Both the position numbers and the translations under genes were made by a program. Positions 19,406 through 30,400 of a stretch of DNA of 62,218 bases are shown one piece after another (the first letter of the stretch is position 1; each line of letters opens with the position of its first letter). The notes beneath the pieces are model-generated. The model searched no databases. It was not told the origin of the DNA and saw only the letters and a program-made list of their open reading frames with translations. The DNA comes from Verrucomicrobiota bacterium (GTDB lineage Bacteria > Verrucomicrobiota > Kiritimatiellia > RFP12 > UBA1067): contig JAKJGY010000002.1 in the NCBI GenBank assembly GCA_022704145.1, forward strand, positions 1 through 62,218, written 5' to 3'.

Positions 19406-20482
19406 ATGCTGACGAGCGATTTCCATTACGAGCTGCCGCCGGAGCTGATCGCGCAGGAGCCGCCCGCCGAGCGCGGGACGTCGCGGATGCTGGTGCTGCG
19501 GCTCGGCGACGGGCGGCTGGAGCACCGTCACGTGTCCGACCTGCCCGAGTACCTCGCCCCGGGCGACCTGATGGTCTTCAATGACACGCGGGTGTTTCCG
19601 GCGCGCGTGCGCGGCCAGTGGGCGGATACGGGCGGCGCTCTGGAGCTGCTGCTGGTCGAGCCGCTGGCGGTTCCGGCGGGCGTGGCGGAGGACGGCCGCG
19701 AGACCGTGTGCTGGTCGTGTATCACGGGTTCCGGACGGCCGGTGCGGGCCGGCCAGGCGGCCCGCTTTGCGGCGGGCCAGCTTGACGCCGAGATGCTGGG
19801 GCGGCGCGAGGGCGGCACGTGGACGGTGCTGTTCCGTTCAAGGCGGCCGCTGATGGCGCTGCTCGACGAGCACGGGCTGACGCCGGTGCCGCCCTATATC
19901 CGGCGCGCGGACGACCGCCTGGAGCGGTCGGACCGCGAGCGGTATCAGACGGTCTATGCGCGTGAGACAGGGGCGGTGGCGGCGCCGACGGCCGGCCTGC
20001 ACTTCAGCGACGGCCTGCTGAACGAGCTGGCGGGCCGCGGGGTCGCGCGGGCGTTCGTGACGCTGCACGTCGGGCCGGGCACGTTCAAGCCGGTCAAGGC
20101 GCAGACAGTCGAGGCGCACCGCATGGATCCTGAGCGGTACCGTATCGCGCCGGAGACGGCTGCGGCCGTGACGGCCTGCCGCGCGCGCGGCGGGCGTGTG
20201 GTGGCGGTGGGCAGCACCAGCGTGCGGACGCTGGAGACCGTTGCGTCCGCCCAGGGGGGGCAGGTGGTGGCGGCCGAGGGCGCCAGCGCGATGTTCATCT
20301 ATCCGCCGTACCGGTTCCTGGCCGTGGATGCGCTGCTGACGAATTTCCATCTGCCGCAGTCGACGCTGCTGATGATGGTGAGCGCGCTGGCCGGTCGCGA
20401 GCGCGTGCTGGCGGCTTATCGCGAGGCGGTCCGAGAGCGCTACCGGTTTTTCAGCTATGGCGACTGCATGCTCCTGATCTAG
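19406..20482 (+). CDS. queA: S-adenosylmethionine:tRNA ribosyltransferase-isomerase
   Basis: FHYELPPELIAQEP, NDTRVFPAR, YQTVYA, AVAAPTAGLHF, TLHVGPGTF, TNFHLPQSTL, YRFFSYGDCM. Confidence 0.97.
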   Translation: MLTSDFHYELPPELIAQEPPAERGTSRMLVLRLGDGRLEHRHVSDLPEYLAPGDLMVFNDTRVFPARVRGQWADTGGALELLLVEPLAVPAGVAEDGRETVCWSCITGSGRPVRAGQAARFAAGQLDAEMLGRREGGTWTVLFRSRRPLMALLDEHGLTPVPPYIRRADDRLERSDRERYQTVYARETGAVAAPTAGLHFSDGLLNELAGRGVARAFVTLHVGPGTFKPVKAQTVEAHRMDPERYRIAPETAAAVTACRARGGRVVAVGSTSVRTLETVASAQGGQVVAAEGASAMFIYPPYRFLAVDALLTNFHLPQSTLLMMVSALAGRERVLAAYREAVRERYRFFSYGDCMLLI

Positions 20483-20531
20483 GGCGTGCGGCGCCAGTGT
20501 GAATGGGTGAACAATAAGGGAGGGACGGACG

Positions 20532-21383
20532 ATGAGGACTAGGCGAGAGTTCGTGCGGGATCTGGGTGTGACGTGCGCGGGGCTGGCGGCGGGGGGCTGC
20601 GCCACTTCGGGGGCCGGGGCCAAGGTGGGCAGGAAGCGCATCCCGGTCGGGATCCAGCTCTACTCGTTCCGCGAGCAGGGCAAGGAGGATTTCGCGGCGA
20701 TTATCCGGCAGTCGGCGGCGCTCGGGTTCGCGGGCGTGGAGTTCGCCGGATACGGCCCTTACGGCGACAAGCCCGCTGAGTTGCGCAAGCTGCTGGACGA
20801 GGCTGGCCTGCGGGCGTTCGGCACGCACACCGGCTACAGTCTGGTGATGCCCGACCAGATCCGGAAGACCCTGGATTTCCATCTGACGATCGGGGCGCCC
20901 TATGTGATCGTGCCGTGGATCGACCCCAAGCAGCTTGAGAGCCTTGACGGCTGCCTGCGGGTGGCCGAGGCGCTGACGCGCGCGAGCGAGACGGCACAGG
21001 CCGCGGGCCTGCACGTGGGGTATCACGCGCATGGCGGCGACTTCAAGAAGATCGACGGCCAGCGCACGGCCTGGGAGGTGCTGTTCGATCAGACGCCCAA
21101 GGCGTTCGTGCATCAGATCGACCTGGGCAACTGCCTGGGCGGCGGGGGCGACCCGTACGCGATGATCGAGCGTTATCCGGGCCGTTCGCTCAGCGTCCAC
21201 CTGAAGGAGCACGGCGGGCCCGGCGGTGCGGTGTTCGGCGAGGGCGTGGTCGATTTCCGGCGCGCGCTGACGCTCTGCGAGCGGGTGGGCGGCACGACGT
21301 GCTACGTCATCGAGCACGAGAGCGACCCGAAGAACGCGTATGCGTCGGCGGGCCGCTGCCTGGCCTACATCAAGTCGCTGTAG
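20532..21383 (+). CDS. Tat-exported sugar phosphate isomerase/epimerase-like TIM barrel (AP_endonuc_2)
   Basis: Twin-arginine TRREF; GIQLYS, GVEFAG, YHAH, QIDLG, HLKE, IEHE metal ligands. Confidence 0.85.
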   Translation: MRTRREFVRDLGVTCAGLAAGGCATSGAGAKVGRKRIPVGIQLYSFREQGKEDFAAIIRQSAALGFAGVEFAGYGPYGDKPAELRKLLDEAGLRAFGTHTGYSLVMPDQIRKTLDFHLTIGAPYVIVPWIDPKQLESLDGCLRVAEALTRASETAQAAGLHVGYHAHGGDFKKIDGQRTAWEVLFDQTPKAFVHQIDLGNCLGGGGDPYAMIERYPGRSLSVHLKEHGGPGGAVFGEGVVDFRRALTLCERVGGTTCYVIEHESDPKNAYASAGRCLAYIKSL

Positions 21384-21999
21384 CGGCGGCCTGCGCGGCG
21401 ATATAGCCGGAGACGCCGTCCAGGATCATCTGGGCGGCCAGCGCGGCCAGCACGATGCCGGTGACTTTGCTCAGGATGTTGAGTCCGCGCTGTCCGATGC
21501 CGCGCTCGATCGCGGTGCCCAGCAGGAGCATGACGCCGACGCACGCCACGGCGAGCAGCAGCGCCAGGCTGGCCACGAACCGCTCCGAGACCTGGTCGAG
21601 GCCCGCGCCCATCACCAGCAGCGTGCCGGTGGTGGCGGGGCCTACGATCACCGGCATGGCGAGCGGGACGACCGCGATATCGGCCTCCTCCTGCTGCGTC
21701 TCGGGCGCGGTTTTACGGCCATGGACCAGGCTGACGGAAGAGAGGAACAGCAGGGCGCCGACGCCGACGCGGAAGGCGTTGAGGGTGATCCCGAAGAGGT
21801 CGAAGATCTGGCGTCCGAGGAACAGCAGGGCCAGGCAGAGCACGGCCACGGACAGGCTGATCATCAGCGCGAGGCGGCGGCGGCGACGCTCGGTGTAGTC
21901 GCCCGTGAGGCTCAGGAACATTGAGAGCGCAAAAAACGGGGTGAAGATGAAGAAGAACTTAAGCCAGACGGCGATAAAGAACTGGATCTGAGTCTGCAT
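21370..21999 (-). CDS. MarC family membrane protein
   Basis: FFIFTPF, FGITLNAFRVGVG, IAVVPLAMPVIVGPAT, LSKVTGIVLAALAAQMI; SD GGAGG before ATG 21999. Confidence 0.9.
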   Translation of the reverse strand: MQTQIQFFIAVWLKFFFIFTPFFALSMFLSLTGDYTERRRRRLALMISLSVAVLCLALLFLGRQIFDLFGITLNAFRVGVGALLFLSSVSLVHGRKTAPETQQEEADIAVVPLAMPVIVGPATTGTLLVMGAGLDQVSERFVASLALLLAVACVGVMLLLGTAIERGIGQRGLNILSKVTGIVLAALAAQMILDGVSGYIAAQAAATAT

Positions 22000-22190
22000 T
22001 TTGGGGACACCTCCGCTGGAGAGCGCGCCGGTGGGGCTGCCCCCACCTGCTCCAGCCGCCTCATACTGTACCGTGCGGCCGTACACGCTGTCAACGTGCC
22101 GCTCGCGCCCGAACATGCCGTCCTCGGCGAGTGAGGCTTGGCAAGGGCCGCGCCGATAAGGTATGCTTCAGGGGTCAGGGTAAGGAGCGG

Positions 22191-23423
22191 ATGAGGCATT
22201 ACGTCATCAGGCGGATACTGGAGATGCTGCCGACCACTTTCGGAGTGGTGGCGCTGACCTTTCTGCTATTCCACGTGGTGGGCGGGTCGCCGGCCGAGGT
22301 GGTCCTGGGAAAGAACGCCACGGCCGAGGCGCTGGCGGCTTTTGACGCGCGCTACGGGTATGACAGGCCGCTGCTGGCGGGGCGCTGGTCGGCGGTGCGC
22401 GCCTTGGGCGAGACGCCCGCCGCGCGTCTGGAGGAGGGGGGGGCGCCGGGCCTGCGCCGCGTGCCCCTGGCGTACGCGCTGCCGCCCGGCGTGTACCGCG
22501 TCAACGCGGGGCTGGCGGTGGCGGTGCTGCGTGCGGTGGCGGACGGCGCGGAGCGCGAGGTGCGGGCCGAAGGCCGGGCGCCGGTGAGCGTGGAGGTGCC
22601 TGAGGGCTGGCGCGCGGCGCGGCTAGAGGTGGGCGGGGCGTTGCCGGACGTGCTGCGGCTGGGGCGCCGTAACGCGGGGCTGTGGGACACGCAGTTCTTC
22701 CACTACTGCCGCGCGCTGGCGTGCGGTGACCTCGGGGTGTCGAGCGAGCTGCACCAGCCCGTGGCGCGCGTGCTCGCGGAGGGGGTGGGGCCGTCGCTGG
22801 CGCTGACCGTGCCGATCCTGCTGGGGGGCACGCTGGTGGGGGTGATGCTGGGGCTGGTGTGCGCCGCGTGGCGCGGCTGCGTGGCGGACCGGCTGATCCT
22901 GGCGGGCTCGACCGTCCTGATGAGCGTGAACTACGTGATCTGGGTGCTGGCGGGCCAGTACCTGCTGGCGTTCCGGCTGCGGCTGTTTCCGATCTGGGGG
23001 TTTGAGTCCGCGGCGTTCCTGACCCTGCCGGTGCTGATCGGGATTGTGAGCGGGCTGGGGCGTGACGTGCGCTTCTACCGGGCGGCGATCCTGGACGAGA
23101 TCTACCGGCCGTATGTGCGGACGGCGCGGGCCAAGGGGCTGTCCGGGGCGCGCGTGATGGTGCGGCATGTGCTGCGCAACAGCCTGATCCAGGTGGTGAC
23201 GTACGTGAGCCTGTCGGTGCCGTTCCTGTTCACGGGCAGCCTGATGCTGGAGAGCTTTTTCGGTATCCCCGGCTTGGGCAGCGTGAGCCTGAACGCCGTG
23301 CACTCGTCTGACATGGCGGTGGTGCGCGCGGTGGTGGTGCTCGGCGCATTGCTCTATCAGTCGGTGAACCTGCTGACGGATCTGTGTTACGCCTGGCTTG
23401 ACCCGCGCGTGCGGCTGGGGTAG
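22191..23423 (+). CDS. Peptide/nickel ABC transporter permease (OppB/DppB-like) with about 100-aa insertion
   Basis: YVIRRIL, GDLGVS, YVRTARAKGLS..RHVLRNSL, ESFFGIPGLG, DLCYAWLDPRVR; SD AAGGAG. Confidence 0.85.
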   Translation: MRHYVIRRILEMLPTTFGVVALTFLLFHVVGGSPAEVVLGKNATAEALAAFDARYGYDRPLLAGRWSAVRALGETPAARLEEGGAPGLRRVPLAYALPPGVYRVNAGLAVAVLRAVADGAEREVRAEGRAPVSVEVPEGWRAARLEVGGALPDVLRLGRRNAGLWDTQFFHYCRALACGDLGVSSELHQPVARVLAEGVGPSLALTVPILLGGTLVGVMLGLVCAAWRGCVADRLILAGSTVLMSVNYVIWVLAGQYLLAFRLRLFPIWGFESAAFLTLPVLIGIVSGLGRDVRFYRAAILDEIYRPYVRTARAKGLSGARVMVRHVLRNSLIQVVTYVSLSVPFLFTGSLMLESFFGIPGLGSVSLNAVHSSDMAVVRAVVVLGALLYQSVNLLTDLCYAWLDPRVRLG

Positions 23424-23426
23424 GGG

Positions 23427-24371
23427 TTGGGCTGGCTGAGGAAGAGGGCGACGGCAGTGGCGGAACAGAGTAACATACTGAGGCGGCTGTGGCGGCGGTG
23501 GGACACGCGGCTGTGTCTGGCGGTGATCGTCGCCTACTGCTGTGCGGCGCTGTATGGCGAGGCGATGTACCACTCGGCCCGGCTCGCCGACCGGACGGCC
23601 GCGTATAACCAGGTGCGCGAGGGGTGCCGGTATGTCCCGCCAGCCTTCGCGCGGGCGGGCGGCTGGAGGGCGCGTCCGGAGGGGTGTCCGCTGTACCTGT
23701 TCGGTAGCGACAACCTGGGGCGCGATGTGGGGCTGCGGCTGGTGCAGGGCGCGCGGATCGCGTTCCATGTGGGGATCATGACGTCGCTGATCGCGATTCC
23801 GCTGGGCGTCCTGCTGGGCTGCCTCGGCGGGTATTTCGGCGGCCGTACGGACAGCCTGGTGGTGTGGCTCTGCGCGACGGTGGCCTCGATGCCCGGGCTG
23901 CTGTTCATCCTGGCGATCGCGATGGTGGTGGGGCAGGGGCTGCTGGGCGTCTATCTCGGGATCGGCCTGACGACCTGGGTGGGGGTGTGCCGGAACGTGC
24001 GGGCGGAGGTGCTGAAGCATCGCGGGCGCGCGTATGTGCAGGCGGCGCGCGTGCTCGGCTATGGCCATGGGCGCATCCTGTTCCGGCACATCCTGCCGAA
24101 CGTGGGGCATATCGTGCTGATCGCCTTCTCCGTACGTTTTCCCGCGTCGGTCGCGACGGAGGTGTTCATCAGCTTCCTGGGGATCGGGGTGCAGGGCGAG
24201 CCTTCGTGGGGCGTGATGATCAATAACGCGCGGCTGCGGCTGTGGCAGGGGGTCTGGTGGGAGATGACGTTCGTGACGGCGGCGATCTTCGCGCTGGTGC
24301 TGGCGTTCAACCATCTGGCGGATGTGCTGCGCGACCTGCTCGACCCCGCGCTGCGCACGGAGGCCGAGTAG
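23427..24371 (+). CDS. Peptide/nickel ABC transporter permease (OppC/DppC-like)
   Basis: FGSDNLGRD, YVQAARVLG, RHILPN, SFLGIG..PSWG, DVLRDLLDP. Start uncertain (23427 or 23457). Confidence 0.85.
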   Translation: MGWLRKRATAVAEQSNILRRLWRRWDTRLCLAVIVAYCCAALYGEAMYHSARLADRTAAYNQVREGCRYVPPAFARAGGWRARPEGCPLYLFGSDNLGRDVGLRLVQGARIAFHVGIMTSLIAIPLGVLLGCLGGYFGGRTDSLVVWLCATVASMPGLLFILAIAMVVGQGLLGVYLGIGLTTWVGVCRNVRAEVLKHRGRAYVQAARVLGYGHGRILFRHILPNVGHIVLIAFSVRFPASVATEVFISFLGIGVQGEPSWGVMINNARLRLWQGVWWEMTFVTAAIFALVLAFNHLADVLRDLLDPALRTEAE

Positions 24372-24400
24372 TCGGGGGCGGCGAGCGAGGGCCTGCCCGA

Positions 24401-27400
24401 CTAGCGCAGGTCGACCCGCACGCGCAGGAAGAGCGAGGTGTGCGCGGGCGGCTCGTAGCGGATGGCCTGGCCTGTGCCTTCGAGGTCGGTATAGCCCGGC
24501 ACGGGTGTCCAGCCGCCGGTGAGCAGGCTGGGACGGCTCTCGACCGTGTAGTAGCGTCTGAGTCCGCCGTGCTCGGGGCCGGTCGGGATGGTCTGGCAGA
24601 GGAGGGCGGGCGAGCGCGAGGGGGCTTCGAGGCCTGCGGCCAGGAAGCTGGCCGGGTCGGCCGGGTCGGTGCCGGCCTGGAATTCGGCCCAGTTGGGCAG
24701 GCCGTCGGCGTCGGTGTCGGCGAGGGCGGCGGCCTCGATGCCTGAGGCGCTGAAGCCGGGTACGGTGACGGCGAGCCACCACAGGGGGGTGCCGAAGGCG
24801 GCGGTCTCCTCGGCGCCGGGCGTACCGCCTGAGACGGCGCTGGCGACCCAGTTGGAGGGCTGGGCGTTATCCCAGCGGGGATGGAGCAGCGTGAGGGAGG
24901 GCCCGAGGCCGTCGGCCGCCGTTGGCCAAGGCGAGTTCGGGGCGTAGACGACGCGGTCGATCTCGTTGGTCTGGGCGTCCACCAGTTCGATCGCCTCGCC
25001 TGCGTTGTCGAGCGTGCCGGAGGACCAGACGCGGGCGTCGGCAATTCCGGAGGCGGAGGCGAGGGTCATACGGGCGCCGGGGGCGAGCAGCGTGCCGTAG
25101 GGGAAGCTGTAGGAGAAGCCGCTTGAGAAGCGGTAGCCGGTGAGGTCGAGCGTGGCGCCGCCGGGGTTGGTCAGCTCGACGAACTCGGGCGTGGCGCCGG
25201 CCGGATGGTAGTGGATCTCCGAAATGACGGCGTGGCCCTCGCGCCAGTCGAAGGGCACGGCGCCGAGGTCGGCGCGCGAGCCGTCGGGGTCGGCGGGCGC
25301 GGCGGGGTGTCCGGAGTCGACGGCGGCCGAGCCGGTCTGGAGGCGGAAGTTCCCTAGGCTGGGGCGTTCGAACTGGGGCTCGGCGAACAGGTTGCCGGTG
25401 CCGGGATAGGCTTCGGTGTCGCAGAGGGTGTAGGAGACGTCGAGCGTGGAGAGGGCGTCGCAGGTGAAGGGCGTGCCGGAGGCGTGCGAGACGATACAGT
25501 TGCGCACCTCGGCGCTGCCGCCGCCAGACCCCAGGTTCTTCTCATAGACCGCCACGGCGTGGGAGACGTCGCGGAAGGTGTTGTGCTCGATCAGGCCGTA
25601 GGAGCCGGCGTCCTTGATGCCGAGGCCCATGTCGACATTGCGGATGACGTTGCGGCGCACGACCGCTGTGGAGCCCTGGCCGATGGAGACGGCCTTGTCG
25701 AAGCAGCGCTCGATGAGGTTATGCTCGACCAGCAGGTCGAGCGTGCCTTCGCCGATGTCGATGGCGTCGTTGTTGTCGCCCAGGAAGTCGTGGAGGTAGT
25801 TGTTGCGGATGATACCGCCCTGGATGCCGTCGTAATCGATGGCGTCCGTGTCCACGGTGAGGTTGGCGGAGGAGAACTCGCAGCCCTCGACACGCGCGTA
25901 GGCGGCGCGTTTGATGTTGATGCCGTCGCCGATCACGCTGATGAAGATACGGCTGTTCTCGAGCACGGTCGAGGCGCCCTCCTGAACGAAAATCGGGAAA
26001 TCGGAGGCGTCGATATCAAGGCCGCGCATCAGGAGGTCTGAGCCGAAGGCTGAGACAGCGGCCTTCATGTTGATACAGTCCTTGGCCGCGAGCGTCGCAC
26101 CGCGCAGCACGACGTTTGACAGGAGGCCCATATGGTCGGCGCGGTCGAAGGCGATGCCGCCCCAGCGGTAGGGCCGGTCGGTCGCGTCGGAAAGCGCGGG
26201 GTCGGTGAAGAGGCGTGCGAGGGCGCTCGGTGTGGGGTTTGGGCCGACGCTGACGGGGGCCTCGGGGGTGCCGAGCAGAGCGAGGCGGCCTTGCACGTAG
26301 ATGCTGGCGCGCTCGGGCATCAGGATCGCGACGCCCGGTTCGGCGGTGAGGACGGTGTTGGACGGGACGGTGATGTCGCCGGTGGCGAGCCAGGGCGAGC
26401 CGGCGGCGGTGAGCGTGAGGCTGCCGTTCACGGTCGCGGGCAGCAGGCTCGCGCCGGTCGGGGCGAACACGGCGGTGACGCTCAGTGGCGTGGTGCTGTC
26501 GGGGACGAGCGTCAGCACGGGGGCGGTGTTAGTCGAGACGCTGGCGAAGGTCTGCGTGAGGTCGGCGGAGAGGTCGAAGCCGAGGTCGGTGAAGTTCGCG
26601 GAGGACTGGTGGATCTCGACGGCCAGCACATTGGTGCCCGCGACAAAAGGCGCGGAGGTCACGGCGTAGGTGTTGTAGGCGTTCTCGTGCGGCGTGGAGG
26701 AGCTGGTGATATTGGTCAGGGCGAAGGTGGTGAACGCGACGGGGCCTGCGGGCATGTTGGCGCGTACGATTTCGGTGCCGTTCAGGTAGACGATCACACC
26801 GTCGTCGTGGAGGATCTGGAGTTTGAGGGCGCTGACCGGAGCGGCGTCGCTGAGCACGACGGTGCGGCGGAAGTAGGCGGACGTGATCAGGTTTGAGGCT
26901 GCGCCGATGACGGTCGCCTCGTCGTCGTCGCCATAACCGAACTGTGCCGGGCCGGAGGGCCAGGCGGCGTCGTTGAAGGCGGCCTGGTTCCAGCCGGGGA
27001 TCTCGTTAGTCGCGACGGTATAGCGCCAGACGGAGCCGGTGGCGACCACGCTCTGTTGCCGGTTGCTGGTGACGACCCAGTGGGTGAAGGTCTGGCCGAT
27101 CTCCGGTACGGCGGTGAAGGTTACGGGAAGGCCGGCGAGGAGGGTGTTGGTGGAGCTGCTCAGGAGGGGCACGTGGTTCGCCAGGACGCGGCCGGGGCCG
27201 CCCTGGCTGAGCTGCACCTGCGCGGTCTGTCCGCCTGAGAAAGTGGCGGCCGCGTGCTGCATGGCGATGGCGGGACGCTGGCGCACGAAGGAGCGGATCG
27301 CCTCGATCCGGGAGTCCCAGGTGGTCACGGAGGGGATACCTCCTTGCGAGGCGTAGAGCGCCGAGTGAGCGATGATCTCCGAGCGGATGCGGCCGGCCTC

Positions 27401-30400
27401 TGCGTCGATGATGGGGAGTATGCGGTTGGTGCTGAAGGAGCTGTTAAGGTGGGCCATCAGGCGCTGTGCGCTGTAGGCCCGGAACTCCGCGTTGCTGAGG
27501 AGTTCGCGGAACACCTCCATGCTGGAAACCATGCTCGTCAGGCGGTTGTCGGTGACGGTGCCGAAGGCGCGGTCGAGGTCGACGAAGCACCAGCGCCAGC
27601 GGCCGCCGGGGTTGCGGTCGCGCCACCACTTGCGGTTGTGGGCCCAGGCGGTGTCGTTGACGAACACTTGGCCGGAGACGTAGTCGACAAGATCCTCGAT
27701 GTCGACCTGGCCCTTGACGTACGCATAGTGCACGGGATCGGCCATGCTGTTCGCTCCAAGGTAGGCGAGCAACGCATTCCAGGCGTCGGCGGTGCCGTGG
27801 TTAAGCAGATCGTCACTGGAGGTGCCGGCGTTCTCGAAGAAGTCGATATCGTCCAGGTTGACGCCGAAGTTCTTCACGCAGTAGACCTCGTCCATCTTCT
27901 CCTGGATATTGATCAGGCCGTAGTAGGTGCCGTTGAGGTAGCTGGCGCAGGGGCGGAAGCCCTGTACGGAGTTGTTGATCGCGCCCATGAGCATCCGCTG
28001 ACCCAAGGTGTCGCGGAGGAACGCGGAGGCCCAGTCGTCGTTACCGTTGCGCAGCACGAAACGGTCGAAGGGGCCGACCGGCTTTTCGGGGAAGAGCTGG
28101 TAGGCGATCTGGTCGGTGCCGTACTTGCCGCTGAACTTGACCGTGAAGGGCTTCTGCGGTTTCAGGAAGGTGTTGAGGCTGTAGAGGCGGAAGGCCGCAC
28201 CGGCGTGGAAGGCGGTGTTGGACGGTGTGGTGCAGAACTGGATCGTGCCCGGCACGTCGCGCTCCTTGAGGACGTTGGCGTAGATACCGGTGATCGGATC
28301 GAAGAGCAGCAGCGGGTCGATGACGAGCGAGACGACCGGCAGGTCGGGTTTGCGCTGGTTCATGAGGAAGGTGCGTGTGGCGACGGGGCCGGGATGGAGT
28401 CCGTCGGCAAAGGCACGGGCGCGCACGACGGTGGTGGTCGCGAGGGTGAAGGCGTTGGTGTAGAGCAGCGAGGCGGAGGTCGGCTGGCTGCTGTCGAGCG
28501 TATAGCGGATGGCTGAGGCGCCAGCGGAGGTGAGCGTCACGGTCGCGGGGCCTTCGAGGAAGAGCGGCTCGGCGGGGGAGATCGTGACGGCCGGGGCGCG
28601 GTGGAGGTTCTGGGCGAGCTGCGGGCCGCGGTTGGCGGCGCCTGCGGTGGCCTCGCCGAAGTGGCCCCAGGTCGCGTTTCCGTCGGGTAGGCGTCCGAGG
28701 GAGATGTCGTCTTGCTGGGGGCCGAAGGTCACACCGTCCACGAGGCTGCCGCTGGGGGTGAAGAGACCGAGCTGCTCGCCGTCGGCGGAGAGCTTGAAGT
28801 TCGCGTGATACGCACGGGTGACGAAGGTGTAGTTGGGCCAGAAGTCGCGCGTCAGGGTGAGGCCGGGCTGCGAGTCGTAGCCGTCGGCCCAGACGATCAG
28901 GTGGCCGTTGGCGGGGATGGTCGCGCCGTCGGGGAAGCGCCAGCGGAAGGGGGACTCCAGATTGTCGGAGAGGTGGTAGCCGCTGAGGTCGACGGCGTTG
29001 GTGCCTGCGTTGTAAAGCTCGACCCAGTCGCCGAAGTCGGTGAAGTCGGCGATCTCGGGGGTGGAGGTCGCGTTGCTGGCCATGAACTCGTTGATGCCGA
29101 GGAAGGCGCGGCGGAAGACGGCTGAGACCAGCGGGCTGGGCGCGAGGCCGGGCGCGAAGGCGCGCACGATCAGCTCGGCCTCGTCAGTGAGGCTGAGGGG
29201 GCCTTCGTAAAGTGCCGAGGCGGCGGTCGGCTCGGTGCCGTCGAGCGTGTAGCGCAGTACGGCTTCGGCGAGCGGACAGGTGACGGTGACGTTGAGCGTG
29301 CCGGAGAAGACGCCTCCCGGGTGGGAGAGCGCGGGCGGCGGCACGACGGCCGGATAGGCGGCGGCGTTCAGCGAGTCGGGTGAGGGGGCGGCGAGGAAGC
29401 CTGCGACGAGATCCAGCGTGCCTGTGGGGGGGCGAGAGGAGAACGCCAGCTCCGTCTGGAGCAGCAGGTCGGAACTGGTGGAGGAGTTGTTGAGGATCTG
29501 GAGGGCGAGGACATTGGTGCCGTCGTTGAGCAGGGGGAGGAAGGCGGAGAGGTTATGGTCGAGGTAAACGACGGCGGACGAGTCGCTGCGGCTGGAGGGC
29601 GCGCGCGAATTCCAGAGGGTGGGTACGGGGACGTTATTGGAAGCCACGAGCGTGCCGTTGAGCCAGGCCACGAAGCCGTCGTCAAAGCGTACGCGCAGGG
29701 TGGCCTCGAAGAGGTCGGCGCGGTCTGAAAGGAGGAAGGGGTAGCGCACGAACGCCGAGCCCTGTTTGCCGTACATGTCCGCATAGAGATCGGTCTGGAT
29801 GTAGGGCAGGTAGTCGGGATCGGTGTCGAAGCCGACGCCGTTACCGGCCGGGGTCCAGGTGCGGTCGTCAAAGCCGGGTGCGGCCCAGTCCGCGGCGAGG
29901 GCGGCGGAGGTGGCGGGCACGAGGTAGCGGCCGACCGAACCAGCGGTGACGGGGGTGTGCGTTACGACGGCCGGCGCCCAGGAGAGACGCAGCTCGGTGT
30001 TCAGGAGCAGGTCTGAGCTGGTGGTGGAACTGTTGAGCGCCTGAAGCGCGAGCACGTTGGTGCCGTCGGTCAGCAAGTGGGTGTAGGCGTCGAGCGTGAA
30101 GTCGGTGTAGGCGACGGCCAGGGTCTCGCTTCTGGAGGAGGTGGCGGCGGAGTTCCAGACGGGTGAGGACGGGGCTGCTCCGGAGGCCACTTTGACGCCG
30201 TTCAGCCAGGCCACGAAGCCGTCCTCGTACTTGAGGCGCAGCAGCACGCGGGTGATCTCGGCCGCATCGTCGAGGACAAACGTATAGCGCACAAAGGCGG
30301 AGGCCTGCTTGTTATACATCTCGGCGTAGAGGTCGGTCTGGAAGAGCGGACGGTAGAGGGGGTCGGTGTCGAAACCGATGCCGTTTCCGGCGGGCTTCCA

